From Squalus acanthias (Eukaryota): a DNA stretch of 64,000 bases. The stretch lies in contig CM059432.1 in assembly GCA_030390025.1 (NCBI GenBank), positions 620,001-684,000 of the forward strand, read 5' to 3'. A program made the position numbers and the translations under genes. This document shows positions 1-13,637 of the stretch, piece after piece; the first letter of the stretch is position 1; every line of letters starts with the position of its first letter. The notes under the pieces are model-generated. The model worked only from the letters and a program-made list of their open reading frames with translations, made no database searches and was not told the origin of the DNA.

Positions 1-29
1 CGCAGACACTAGCAAATGGAATAACCTAC

Positions 30-109
30 CTAGATCATGACTGATGTTGACTGAATGATTTGCACTGGTGTCAATAATTGGGGCATATTCAGAAACAATA
101 CGTGGTTTC
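30..109 (-). CDS. NPC1: NPC1 exon 7; gene continues beyond the window start
   Basis: KPRIVSEYAPIIDTSANHSVNISHDL resembles the NPC1 VSEYxPI segment; CAG/GTAGG; phase consistent with exon 6. Confidence 0.88.
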
Positions 110-408
110 CTGTAGAAAAATATTGAATTGTGAAACATGAGATTCACCCAGTAAACAGACATTGTTTGAAAAAACCTACTCGAGTGACAATTGAATTCTT
201 GCTCAAGTTTGTAGCTCGCATTTACATCAGCACAACTTTAACAACCAAAGATTGCTTTGACAAGTACTCAAGTTGTAGTTCAACATCAGTAAGGCAAGAC
301 AAAAAACACATTTCATTGCTGCATTGTAAATCTCAGTTAACAGTTGCAAATAGATATTTTTTTTTTATATAAAAGGAGTTCAGGCTTTACTTCCTTTAAG
401 ATTGTTAC

Positions 409-658
409 CTGCAATACCACACACCAACGACTGCTCCCCCAAAGACAGCCAGGAAGATCAGATAGCAGATCCACATTATAACAGCCATAGCATCCAAACC
501 AAAAATGGTCCATGGGGTAATAGGTGGTGGGGGTACTGGCTTTGGGCCACAAACTAGTGCACAGTCCTGGCAACTACATGGTGGGGAACCATCATCCAAG
601 GTCTCATTGCAGCCTCTGGTTGCGTTATTCATTGGAATCATTCTTCCAACTGGATGAT
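409..658 (-). CDS. NPC1: NPC1 exon 6 (end of N-terminal domain, Pro-rich linker, first TM helix)
   Basis: [11 protein letters not shown]...[37 protein letters not shown]; 250 nt; TAG/GTAAC. Confidence 0.96.
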
Positions 659-689
659 CTACCAAAAAAAAAAGCCAGCCACTAGTATT

Positions 690-1310
690 GAAGACATGTC
701 TAGTACAATACTGATACCATACTGACGCCCTGCTGTATGCCTCAGAGACATGGACCATGTACAGCAGGCACCTCAAAGCACTGGAGAGGTACCAACGCTG
801 CCTCCGCAAGATCCTGCCAATCCATTGGCAGGAAAGGCACACCAACGTCGGTGTTCTCACTCAGGCCAACATCGAAGCTTTGACCACGCTCGATCAGCTC
901 CGATGGACGGGGTCACATCGTCCGCATGCCCGATACGAGACTCCCAAAACAAGCGCTCTACTCGGAGCTCCGACATGGCAAGAGCCCCCAGGTGGACAGA
1001 GGAAACGCTTCAAGGACACCCTCAGCCTCCTTGAAAAAGTGTAACATCCCCACCGACACCTGGGAAATCCCTGGCCCAAGACCGCACAAAGTGGAGGAGA
1101 AGCATCCGGGAAGGCGCCGAACAGTCTCTTTGCCGGAGCAAGCGCAGGCAGTGCACGTCAACCCAAGCACCCCACCCGCCCCCTTCAACCACTGTCTGCC
1201 CCACCTGTGACAGAGACTGTAGGTCCCGCATTGGACTCAGTCACCCGAGAACTCTTAATATGGAAGCAAGTCATCCTCGGTTCTGAGGGACTGTCTAAGA
1301 AGGAGGCTAC
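690..1310 (+). mobile_element. RTE-clade LINE 3' fragment in NPC1 intron 5
   Basis: [29 protein letters not shown]...RLPKQALYSEL...GGQRKRFKDTL with frameshifts and a terminal CPTC zinc-finger remnant. Confidence 0.8.
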
Positions 1311-2209
1311 CACGAAGTAACAGTTTCAACTCCCACTTGCTCCCTTGACTATGCATATGCTTCTACTAGAAACTGGATTGGGGAAGTCCTCTCCATTAAT
1401 GTAGACTCAAACCACTAGCATCTCTTGCACTGCCCTCTCATTTCCTTCTGTTTCCTCTGCAGAGATTTGGATTGACATTTGGGTCATCCCACATAGTATT
1501 GTGGATATGGATTAAAGCAAAATGGCTTGGTGTGCTCAGCTTTTATTGCAAGCTACAGTACAGCTTACTTAAAATACAAGGTAATGAGAAGTCTAAAGAT
1601 ATTTAAGGCACATTAGAATTTCTATTTATTATGGGCCACAATAGGAAAGAGGCCAGAACTTTTAAACATAGGGGCGGTTTGCCAATTTTAGTGGTTACCA
1701 TTGTGACAACTCTGCTTATGATTCATGCAAGAGTGGTTTTTATAATAAGCTTCATTACTGACTGATTTGGTCTTTTATATTAATGGTATGCAAATACTAC
1801 AAGCTGGTTCCCAGGCTCCATCTACTTCAGAGAACACTGGTCAGTACATCACAAGTCCTGGAGTGACCAGTTCCCACCTTCTTGCAGTGGCATTGCTCCT
1901 GACCCGAGAACACTGACGTCAAGGGGACCTGGTTCTATTCTTATACTACAATACAACCTTGGCCGGTGCGTAATACATAGGTATGAATATGTAGTGTGCA
2001 TGTTTAGCTGCAGCTGCATTTTTATGTGTTTACCCAGCTTATCTTTTCACCCTTTGCGTCTGTAGTACAGCAAGTGCTTAGACTCCTCTTACTATGGTAG
2101 GTGCGGTCTTGGAACTGTTGTTCAGAGACAAGATTAGGATTTCGCTGTCTCCCATATTGACAATATAAACCCTAGCAAAAGGATGCTGGGATAGCTTGAC
2201 TAAATCTTA

Positions 2210-2955
2210 AAGCATTCCAACAGGTAATATTCACACCACAGAAGTGCCAGGCAATGACCATCTCCAACAAGCAAGAGTCTAACCACCTCCCCTTGCCATT
2301 CAACAGCATTACCATTGCCAAATCCCCCACCATCAACCAGAAACTTAACTGGACCAGCCACATAAATACTGTGGCAACAAGAGCAAGTCAGAGGCTAGGT
2401 ATTCTGCAGCAAGTGTCTCACCTGACTCCCCAAAGCCTTTCCACCATCTACAAGGTACAAGTAAGGAGTGTGATGGAATACTCTCCACTTGCCTGGATGA
2501 GTGCAACTCCAACAACTTGAAGCTCGACACCATCTAGGACAAAACAGCCTGCTTGATTGGCACCCCATCCATCACCTTAAACATTCACTCCCTCCACACC
2601 AGCACACCGTGGCTGCAGTGTGTGCCATCTACAAGATGCACTGCAGCAACTTGCCAAGGCTTCTTCGGCAGCACCTCCCAAACCCACAACCTCTACCACC
2701 TAGAAGGACATGGGCAGCAGGCACATGGGACCACTACCTCCAAGTTACACACCATCCTGACTTGGAAGTATATAGTCAATCCTTCATTGCCACTGGGTCA
2801 AAATCCTGGAACTCCCTCCCCAACAGCACTGTGGGAGTACCTTCACCACACTGACTGCAGTGGTTCAAGAAGGCAGCTCACCACCTTCAAGGGCAATTAG
2901 GGATGGGCAATAAATGCTGGTCTTGCCAGTGATGCCCACATCCCATAAACAAATA
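2210..2955 (+). mobile_element. CR1/L2-group LINE 3' fragment
   Basis: LNWTSHINTVATRASQRLGIL...YKVQVRSVMEYS; tail GGGCAATAAATGCTGG shared with 15180-15545 (minus) and the SINE at 22855. Confidence 0.75.
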
Positions 2956-3332
2956 TAAACAGGGGTTTTCCCACTTCCAGTAATTTTCTAAATTTTTCTT
3001 TGTTAGTTTCCTTGTTACAACAGCATATCTTTCCTAACCTGTGTAGAGAAGTTTTGAAAAAGACTAGTCTCAAATCTAGTGGTTAAAATGTGGCCAACTT
3101 GTATGAAAGCTGAAGATGGGAGTTATCACAGCAATCACTGGTACTCCAGGTCAAAACTACTTCTGTAACTGGTTAGTATTGTGTTGCAGCAGCAAAACAC
3201 CATTTTCATCCACTAAAGTCCTTTATTTGTTCCACCACTGGTAAGCGATCAGGAACACGAGGCAGCGCTACGCAAACGAGTGCACATACCGATTGATTTA
3301 CACATGTTAAGTAAATTTCTTCAAAGGCTTAC

Positions 3333-3500
3333 CGCTGAAGATGGGAATAATGTTGAAGGGTGTCTGAGCATTACTGGTTGTACACATATACTGAATCCAG
3401 TTGGTTGCATTACAATCTTTTACATCTTTTCCACAAAGCAGCCCCAGAGCCTTGTCATTACTTGAAGGGGACTGAACATCTTTACAGGCATTATACATGG
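3333..3500 (-). CDS. NPC1: NPC1 exon 5
   Basis: [39 protein letters not shown]...[12 protein letters not shown]; 168 nt; CAG/GTAAG. Confidence 0.96.
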
Positions 3501-4350
3501 CTGGAAAAAAAAAACACAATTAATGTGCATTTGCAGTAACCATCAGCAATATCTTGAGGCCATGGTCAGTCAAAATGCAAAGCATTGAAATGTTAAGTGA
3601 TCCCACCTTCACAGTATAACATTACTGATCTTTGCAACAGTTTGACTTGGAACAGATTTTATGAATTTGCACCCAGTATCTTAACCCACTTGGAGGGCAC
3701 ATCAAGAATTGGGATGCATAGGTCATTGGAAAACCCAACCATTAAAATTCACAAATGGAAAATCCTGCAAGGACTGATCTCCAAACATGCAAATCCTTTC
3801 ATCTGAAGAAAACCTCATTTTACAGGGTATGAAGCTTATTACAGCTTGTGTACCAAAAAGCTCCTTACAATCCCTTCCCAGGGATATGGTGTTAAATACT
3901 ATAGATGCTTGCATATAGCACTTCCATTCATCAAATGTTCAATTAGTTTGTCTTTTGAAGCTTCCATTTATTTTTAACAAAAGCAATAGTACTGAAATCT
4001 GATGGTTTTACTGTGGTAGAACAACCAGGGACTCACACTTAATCTAAAGATTGACCAGGTGTTAGTGGTTTGCTTTGGGATGTATTAAGGAAAAGGCATC
4101 ACTCCCCTAGGGGTAAGGTGTGGACCAAGCCATCTAGGAGCAGTAGGGTGGAAGATACCACCTGCTCTCCATCACCAGCTCTTTTGGCTGTAGTTGGTGC
4201 AAGATGCTGGGAAACTGACATAGTTCCTTAAAACAATCAGTCTGCAGTCAGACAAAAACCCTTTGTTCCATAAGTCTCATTAAAATTTTGCATGAAAGAA
4301 TGAGCTCACATTAGAGTACTCAACAAGATTGGATAGATATCCATTCACAT

Positions 4351-4373
4351 GAGAGAGAGAGAGAGAGAGAGAG
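4351..4373. repeat. (GA)n microsatellite
   Basis: Perfect GA run. Confidence 0.9.
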
Positions 4374-4945
4374 CACCACAACAACTGCAGTTCAATGAGG
4401 CCCACCATCACCCCCCCCCACATCCCAAGAATAAAAGAAAGCCATGTGGAGTCCACAACTCAACAGGAAGGCGTGCTGCATAGTACCAAGCCATACAGGG
4501 CAGAAAGAACCCAGCTTGTCCCTGGCCCATACTGAGAGTTAACCATTTTCAGCTGCAGAAGCAATGGAGCACTGAAGTGTAAATTACCACTAGTCCAGGA
4601 AGAGGGGGAAAAGCCAAGATTCCTGCCTCAATGTGGAGGGATTTAGATAGCTGGAACACAGGGTCAGACTTGGAATTAGTTATTGACCATGGGGAATATC
4701 CAAGTCATCAACCAACCACCAGGCTTGTAGATAAGGAACAGTTACTTGAGCTAGGCAGTGAGACACTCATCAGGAGAGAAGCTCACTAGCAGTTGCAGCA
4801 CTGAAGAATTGAAGTTCAGTCTACTAGGATAGTCAATTAAAAACTTGTAAAGTCCTTCTGTTCACCCCAATCATACTCCCCCTATCCCCAATTTTTTTAA
4901 ATTTCCACAGACATGTTCATGTTAATCAAAAACTGAATTTCTCAC

Positions 4946-5106
4946 CATTTGCAAAACTTGCTCCAATGTAATATTCCACCTCAGTGATGCTGGTTTGGTT
5001 CTGAACATATGGTTCAAATTTGGTGGCACTGAGAAACAAACTCTGAGCAGGGCTGCAAGTCAGTTCACAATAAAAGGTCATGAAATTATGGAAACAAGAT
5101 GGGCAT
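4946..5106 (-). CDS. NPC1: NPC1 exon 4
   Basis: [25 protein letters not shown]...[20 protein letters not shown] boundaries; phase consistent with neighbours. Confidence 0.96.
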
Positions 5107-6431
5107 CTGCAAGACAAAAAACAGTTAAGTTTTTCCCCTTTAAAAAGGCAAAAACAGCAAATGCTATAAACAGCCAGCTTTGTAAAAATATTCAATTCAG
5201 CAGTTGAGCAATATAAATAGTTTGGCAGCTTGATCTTCAGGTGTTAGGAACAGGAGGAGGTCTTTCAACCCCACGAGCCTGTCCCATTCATTCAATTAGA
5301 TCATGGTTGATCTGTACTACTTCATTCACCTGCCTTGGTTCTGTAACCCTTACCCAACAAAAAAAAAAATACAAATACAAAAGCAATACCGCAGATGCTG
5401 GAAATCTGAAACAGAAAATGCTGGAAATACCCAGCAGGTCAGGCAGCATCTGTAGAAAGAGTCAACATTTCAGGTCGATAACCCTTTGTCACAACTCAAA
5501 AACTCAGTTTTGAAATTTGCGATTGACCCCAGCCTCAGTTTTTTGGGGAAGAGTTCCAGATTTCCTCTACCCTGTGTGTGTGAAGTGCTTCCTGACATCA
5601 CCCTGAATGGTCTAGCTCTAATCTTAAGGTTATGCTGCCAGGTTCTAGACTCCCTGGAGGAAATAGGGTATCAACTCCTTTAATCATCAAAACACCTCCA
5701 TTAGATCACCCTTTAAATCTTCTACACTCAAGGGAATACAAGCTTAGTCTATGCAACCTCATAATTTAACCCTAGTCCTGGTATCATTCTGGTGATTTTG
5801 CACTGCACCTCCAAGGCTAATATATGCTTTGAGGTGCAGTGCCCAGAACTGAATAGTACCCTAGATGTGGTCTAACCATAAGGTGAGGTACTAAAGCTTT
5901 TCTGCATGAAGGCATTAAAGCACAACTGCATCCCAAAAGACCTGGTCACTGGCAAGATAGTACAGCATGGAATGGATTTAGTCATAGATCCTTAAAATTA
6001 CAATAGTCTAGTAAAGAGTAGGAAGTGCAAGAAAGGGAAGGAGACACAAGGAGGAAGGGGACAGCGCATCATTGGTCTTAAGCAGAGGTTGGTAAACGTC
6101 ACAAAACTGGAAAATCCCAGTGAAGGAAAGTTGTTAAACTAGCTCATGCTCATTACCTTTACAGCAAACATGTTTTAATACAACAGGCAAATAGAGCAGG
6201 TGTCACTATTGAACCTCAAGAAACTCCAAGAGGCTGTAGTGTCACAGTAAAGTCCAACATGCACCTAGAGATTCTGCAATCTTTGTGCACTTTTCTTGGA
6301 GAGAAAGGTCCTTTGTCAAAAGTCAATTAGCAATACTCCTGGGCCTCCGAGCAAGAGCTTGGGAGGATAATTAGAACTTGTTCAGTCTGGATCATAACAG
6401 GTTTTAAGCAAAAGACCAAGAATGAGGATAC

Positions 6432-6538
6432 CTGGACAAGAATTGTAGCGGTAGCTGCATATTATCCTTAAGCGTGTGCAGTTGTTGAATATCACAGCAG
6501 AGATTAACATTTCCATAGTGAAAATTGGGGCACAATTC
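6432..6538 (-). CDS. NPC1: NPC1 exon 3
   Basis: [36 protein letters not shown]; 107 nt; CAG/GT boundaries. Confidence 0.96.
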
Positions 6539-7615
6539 CTGGAGGGGACAGAAAAGTGACTCATTTATATGCTGGTTACAAGTGAAAAAGGCTACATGCA
6601 CTAGTTTAAGTACAACACATTTCAGAAAACTGCATATATTCATTCTCAAATATTTTCTTGAAAGAATCAAAACTTAGCAGAACATTGCCATGATCCAATT
6701 TCTGCAAGAGCAGTGCTTAGAACAGTCAACAAGGAACGGTTTTGTATCTTAGAAAGGGTACAACAACTACTTGCTTTTATGTAGTGCTATTAAAATGTAC
6801 TAAAACATCCTAAGGCACTTCACAGGAGCATTGTCAATTTTACACAGCCACATGAGATTAGGACAAGTCAGCAAATGTAGGTTTTAAGGATGAGAATTTT
6901 AAATGCAAGGCATTGCCAGACCAGGAGCCAATGTAGGCCAGCAAGAACAGGGGTGCCTCAGCACGAGCATTGACTGAAATCAGCTGGGGCATTGTAGGAT
7001 GAGCATACCACCAATGCATCACTGAAGCAGTGATCATGGCAGGCTAGGTCATGGTAAGGCAACAGAAAAAAGGGTAAACTCAGATCAAGACAGCTCAAAA
7101 GTGCATGATCAAGACTGAAATACATCAGCTGGCAAATCAACACCTGAGAAACAGCTAATCAGTCAGTCAGGCTGAGCCAGCTCATGTACCCACTTACAAC
7201 TCCTGCAGTACCCAACTCAAGAGCAGACAACACATTCCATCCCACTCTGGCAAATTAAAATTAAAAATGCTATTTCTGGGCAAAAACAGCCCCCCCCAAC
7301 ACTCAAGTTGTAGAAGTAATTAAATTACTAACTTTACAATGAACTATCAGCTGCACTCTTATTCGGCTCAATTTAAACCTGTCCATTTTAGGTTCATCAA
7401 AATGTTTTGGCAATAAGAGATCCTAATTTGTGGCTCTTTTGCAGACATACTGAAAGGCTGTACACAAATATTTTCAGTGATCTGTTTAGTTTGCAAGAAA
7501 TGCCTCCAGCCAGGTAATTAATTTCAAAGCATTTTGTGCAAGTTTGTGCTGTAAAATTCTGTTGACAGACCAAAGTTTGAAAGTCCAAGGTTTGAAAACC
7601 ACACTGACTACTTAC

Positions 7616-7747
7616 TTCAATTAATTCATATCCTGCTTTAGGCAATGGTTTTGGTGGGCCATCATATTTACAGTTGTACCGCTTCTGTGTGGCTTTATCT
7701 GTCCCACATTCACCATACCAAACACAAGTTCCATTTTGTGCAAATAC
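7616..7747 (-). CDS. NPC1: NPC1 exon 2
   Basis: VFAQNGTCVWYGECGTDKATQKRYNCKYDGPPKPLPKAGYELIE matches the NPC1 N-terminal domain CVWYGECG motif; AG/GTAAG boundaries; 132 nt. Confidence 0.96.
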
Positions 7748-8829
7748 CTAGAGAGAAAAAAATCAGTTACTAGGTTTATAGCAATAGACAAGTCAGCTAG
7801 TCAACAGAAGTGGTTTGTACAGAGTATTAGGGGGTGCTTGGCAGGATTCATACACTAAACAAATTCTGAGGGGCTCATGCAGAATTTGGCAGTTTCTCAC
7901 CCAAGTTGCCAATCCCTTTGCCAGCGAGTACCAACAGAAAAGAGAAGACAGAGGGGTGACCAGATAGAGGACTAAAATTATGAAAGGGTAGATGTAGAGC
8001 AGAGAAGATGTTGCTACTAGTGGGGGGGGGGGGGGGGGGAGAATCCAAAGCTAGTGGCCATAAAGATAAGTCACTAATAAATCCAATAGGGAATTCAGGA
8101 GAAACTTCAGAATGTGGAACTCTACCACATGCATGGAGATGAATAGCATAGATGCCTTTAAGGGGAAGCTAGATAAGCACATAAGGGAGAAAGAATAGAA
8201 GGATATGCTGATAGGGAGAGATGTAGTAGGCTTGTGTGGAGCATAAACATCATGGACCCATTAGGCTGAACAGCCTGTTTGTGCTGTAAAATTCTATGTA
8301 GGATCAGGAAGAGACATCAACTAAATTCCAAGAAAGTTTGTAGCAAGTGCTGCAGTGGTTTTCTATTCTTCAGGTACAGAACAAGCCACTGAATGCTGTG
8401 GCAGTGGATTTCATTGCAGTTACTGGGCAAATGTGAAAGGAGAAGTTTTAGGAAAGAGCAACAGGTCAGCTATAATTAGAAACATGTGAGCATCAACCTC
8501 ATTTTTAAACCACGAGTTCAAGGTCTTTAAATGTTGAAGCATTTTTGACAAGGAGACAGATTGCCAACCTTCAAGTCAGCTGAGAGCCACCATCCAAACC
8601 CACACAAACTCCTCAAAACCCAGCACTGGAGCAAGCACTTTGACAAACTTCATCAGGGGAAACCTTAAGTCAACAAAGAGGGAATTGTCAAATTAAGCAT
8701 TTCATCTGACAGGATTTGTGGAAAATTAAGTTTGTTTTACTTAATTGCTTACAGCATAATGTCTAACTTCACTTACTCAACTTGTTCTCAAATTCACAAA
8801 CAGTTTAATAAAATGTCAGGCAGTTAAAG

Positions 8830-9135
8830 AGACTTGCATTTATACAGCATCCTTCATGACCAGCAGACATCCCAAAGCACTTTACAGCCAATGAAGTACT
8901 TTTTGAAGTGTAGTCACTGTTGTAATGTAGGAAATGCAGCAGCCAATTTGCACACAGCAAGCTCCCACAAACAGCAATGTGATAATGACCAGATCATCTG
9001 TTTAGGGAAGTTGATTGAGGGATAAATATTGGCCCCAGGACACTGGGGAGAACTCCCCTGCTCTGTGCCATGGGACCTTTTACACCCAGCCAAGTGCAGA
9101 TGGGGCTCTGTTTAACATCTCATCCAAAAGACTGA
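8830..9135 (-). mobile_element. Deu-domain SINE (SacSINE1/AmnSINE-like) fragment; related copies at 9350-9560, 32925-33235 and 59315-59430
   Basis: Shared core GCAAGCTCCCACAAACAGCAATGTGATAATGACCAG...GAGGGATAAATATTGGCC. Confidence 0.7.
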
Positions 9136-12100
9136 ATGCTGACCCAAAAAATGGTAAGAGTTCAGTTAACTACCTTAAGAAAAACAGTTTCAACTGACTT
9201 TTGCAGGCAGAAAGAACAAAGGCATGACTAGCAAATATTTAGTCACTAGAATCATTGAAAGATTACCATTGCCTTCACCCCCCACCCCAAAGTAGTATTG
9301 TCAGACTAGCAGAGTCAGGTATAAACCCACTCAAATCCAAAAGAGACGACAACTTTCATTTCTACAGTGCCTTTCACAACCTCAGGACATCCCAAAGCTC
9401 TTTACACTTCAAAAGTACTTTTGGCTGTAGTCATTTGTAATGTAGGAAACAGCAGCCAGTTTGTGCACAGCAAGCTCCCACAAACAGCAATTGATGACGA
9501 CTAGATGGTCTGTGTTGATTGAGGGATAAATATTGGCCAGGACACTGGAGAACTCCTCTGCTCCAGTCAAATCCACTCAACTAGGGTGAAAGCAATGCAA
9601 TAGTGCACAGTCACAAAAGAAAATCCGACCTAAAGTCTCATCCCATGGCCGAGGGGAGGGAGGAAACAAAGGGATGGGGTCAAGGTGAAAAATATCACTG
9701 GTTACTGAATCAGTTGCAGTCAACCTACAGATTTATCCAAATGTTGTCTCCCCTTATCACTTGGTCACTGACTATCTCCCAAGTGGCCAATCATTTGCCA
9801 GATTACATGCATTCACTATTTAGACTACTTGATCAAACAGGGCAGCAAGACAAGTCAAATTCCACTCAGATGGCCAGTTTCCTGTATGATTCGTTGCTAG
9901 GCAGGGCAAACTCCACTTACTGAGAAGGCACATCATGGCTGAGTCACTAGAAGTATAGACCCTCCCATGTCTAATGAGCAGTTTGGTTAGCAAGCTCCTA
10001 GACAATGTTGTACAGTAGAAACCTACAGGATGCAGGCAGAGTCAAAAAATCTAACAAGCCTCGAAGAGGTTAAGAGGATGTGAAGATAAGCAGTCATGAT
10101 TAACCTCTTCTGGGAAAATTATTATAAATCCCTTAAACATTAATAGAGGACTACTATGATAAATTGTGCTGAGACACCAATTGTACACATTTCTCAAGTA
10201 TATTTGTTCAAATAGTGACAATACCAAGACCAGAACTATGAACACTCAAATCTGGTAAATTTGGGGTTTCTCTTTCTCTTTCCCCCCACCGGGAGAAAGC
10301 AGCCACAGGAAGATTAAAGTAAGATCTTAAAGATTCAGCACTAAAACAAAGTGAAAGTTTTTAGTAGAGTAAATAAGGAGAAAGGGTAAAGGAGAAACTG
10401 TTTCCACTGGCAGAAGGGCCAGTAACTAGGGGACACACATTTAAAGGTAATTGGCAAGAGAGCCAGAGGAGTGACGAGAAAAAAAATTACAAAGCTGGAG
10501 GGGGGGGGGGGTTAGGCAGCTTTTAAAATTTAATTTTAAAAGCAGCCTGCTATGGTGCCAAGTTGTAAACTTTGAATTGTGTTCCACATATATAGTTTCA
10601 TTTTAGATTTAAGTTCAGGTACATTAAACATCCAGGTTCAGTATGAACAAACAATGGGCAGTTAGGCTCATGTTCTTCAAATCAGGTTAATGCTACTACG
10701 ATCTGAGAACTGAGGATTTACTGATCAGGAAAGGCTGAACAGGCTGGGGCTCTTTAAAGAGAAGTCTGAGGAGTGACCAAGAGGTTTTTACAATTATGAA
10801 GGGGACTGATGTGGATGTTTCCACAGGGAGGGGGGGGGAAAGAGAGGAGGAGGAGGGGAGGAGACCAAATCTAGGGGCCATAAATATAGTCACCAATAAA
10901 TCAAATAAATGGGGAATTCAGGAGAAACTTCTTTACCCAGAGTGGTGAGAATGTGGAACTTGCTACCACAAGGAGTAGTTGAGGCAAATAGCATAGATGC
11001 ATTTAAACAGAAACTAGACAAGCAAAAAATTGAGAATATGTTGATGGGGTAGATGAAGAGGCTCGTGTGGAGCATAAACACCAGCATAGACCAGTTGGGC
11101 CAAATGGCCTGCTTCTGTGCTGTAAATTCTATGTAATTCAATGTAATTATGATGATCAGAAAGCACTACCTGAGGGGGCAGTGGAAGCAGAGTCAATAGT
11201 ACCTTTCAAAAGGGAATTGGATAACTACTTGAAAAGAATAAAATTGCAGGGTTATGGGGGAAGAGCAGGAGTCAGACTAATTGGATAGCTCTTTCAAAGA
11301 GCCAGCACAGGCACAACAGGCTGAATGGCCTCCTTTTGTGCTGTATGATTCTAGATCAGAAAAATATGCAGACCATAAGATTAATACACCACTTGACAAC
11401 CAACCAGTCATGAAGTGCACTTTAAACTCCAGTAACTACAGAAAGCTGCTTTGCTGACTAAGTTTTCATTGTTTGCAAACACAATCTTACCCTTGAACCA
11501 AGACAAAATTTTAAAAACAGGGTCTTTTGTAAGAAAGTCTGGCCAATCTATGCCAATCTTCCAGACACATTATGGCTAGCTCCTAACCTTAGTCATCCAA
11601 AACTCAACTGCCCATGTCCTAACTCACCAAGTCCCGTTCACCTATCACCCCTGTGCTCACTGATCGACAATGGCTCCCATTTCAGCAACGTCTTTCAAAA
11701 TGCTCATCCTTGTTTTCAAATACCACCATGGCCTTGCCACTCCCTAATCTCCTGCAACAACCCCCACCCCACAATATATCTATGCTCCTCTAATTCTGGC
11801 TTCTTGAACATCTAATTTTAATTACTCCACCATTGGCAGTTATGCCTTCTGTTGCCAAGGCCCCAAGCTCTGGAATTCCCTTAGACTCCAGCTCTCTTCC
11901 CTCCTTAAAAACCCAACTACTTATATAGCACCTTTAACGTAGGTCCCAAGGTGCTTCACAAGAGTATTAGAATACAAAAAAATGACTCAGCCACACAAGG
12001 AGAAACTAGGGCAGGTGACCTAAAGATTGGTCAAAGAGGGAGATTTTAAGGAGCCTCTTTGACCAACTGCCCCAATGTGGCTCGGTGTCAAATTTGTGTC

Positions 12101-12149
12101 TTATAATCGCTCTTGTATGAATACAAGTCGTTGTTCGGATCCTTAATCA

Positions 12150-13255
12150 GCAATGACAGTCACGAGGAAACTTGGCACCCAAGGTGAATGAACTTTCACC
12201 GCAGCGCGCAGGCGCAGTGGCCAGACAGCCGATCGGACCACGGGTGACGGAGGGAGAGTCACGTGGGGAAAGGAACGCGCCAGCCCCTCGGGTAGTCCAC
12301 CCCATCACACTGACCCCGGGGGGGGGGGGACGTACGTCAGCCCCTTGGGCATCAAGCAGAGCCCCCGAGACCCCGCAGCATATACACCCCCCCCCTTTCC
12401 CCAATCAACATCGATCCTTCCACCCACTCCGCCGATCCATCGCGGGTTGCCACGACAGTTGACCCGCGGGACGGCGTCGGGAAGAGGGCACGACAGAGCC
12501 TCTTGGACAGCTCCCAACACAGGCGGTTAACACTACACCGCCCCGACCCTAGCGCCTCAGATAATCCGGCTAGAGCTACACCCCACGGCTCGGCACTCCG
12601 ACCCGGCCTGACAGCCTCCACACACTCACACACCTCAGCACTCCAACCCGGCCCCAGACAGCCTCCCGGTAAGCCGGCAAGATCCACACCCACCCCACGG
12701 CCCGGCCCCGACAACCTCCTCACACACACACTACTCCAACACCGCCGGGGTGTGGATCCCGGCAGCGAGCGAGCGCCCCTCACTCACTCACTCCAGTCAG
12801 TCAGTCAGTCGGTCAGTCGGACGGACGCCCGTTTTTGTCAGTTGGATTCGAACGAGCCGCGCGCCACTCACCGAAGGTTCTGGAAGCTCCAGGAGGATCA
12901 TCATCATCAGCAGCGGCGCCGCGGAGGCGCTCAGACCCGGGCTCCTCATCGCTGGGCCGGGTAAGTGTGAGAGTCGGTCTCTCGCAGTGGAAGGTAGCTA
13001 ATGCTCAACATTCCCTTCGCGCCGCCCCCTTTTTATAACTCATCCCCGGCTCGCTGTTCAATTGAAACACAATGACCCCTCCCCTCCCCTCCCTCCACTC
13101 GCTGGCTGCTCGGGCCCCGCCCACAGCCCCGCCCCCGAGCATCAATCACCCAATCACAGCAGCAGCAGCTGGCCATTCCGCCCATCCTGCCCGTGCTGTG
13201 CTGGACTCCCCACTCGCCCCACCTGAAGACAGCCAAAGTACAGGAAGTCAAACAG
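12150..13255. promoter_or_regulatory. CpG island / NPC1 promoter and 5' end of intron 1
   Basis: High GC and CpG density around exon 1; minus-strand TATAAAA at 13031-13037; GC boxes near 13020 and 13115; CCAAT near 13150; CAGGAAGT (ETS-like) at 13241. Confidence 0.75.
12872..12949 (-). CDS. NPC1: NPC1 coding exon 1 (signal peptide)
   Basis: ATG at 12949 reads MRSPGLSASAAPLLMMMILLELPEPS, followed by a GTGAGT donor in phase 0 that joins exon 2 in frame; lies in a CpG island. Confidence 0.85.
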
Positions 13256-13637
13256 CCAAGCTCTTATTGAAATATTTTTTATTCAAATACAATAATACCT
13301 ATACAACTCATCAATTACATAGTAAATCCGTTACATAGTAAATCCATTACATTCATCCATCACAGTAAAAAATAAAGCCTTAAAAACAGCCTTAGTTACT
13401 ATAAATGCAATGATTAATTTTACAAATTAATTTTACAAATTAATTTTACAAATAATCAATAATGTTTACAGTACAAATACCCTTAAACAATACCACACAA
13501 CTTTTTAGATTTAAAATAATAAATCTCAAAGTTAACTCCACATAAAACAAAAACCATTTCAAATATTTTTATTCAAAAACAATCATACCTGTACAACTCA
13601 TCAATTACATAGTAAATCCATTACATAGTAAATCCGA

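Noticed and set aside
12147..13338. Many overlapping ORFs around NPC1 exon 1
   Set aside because: Expected from stop-codon scarcity in a GC-rich CpG island
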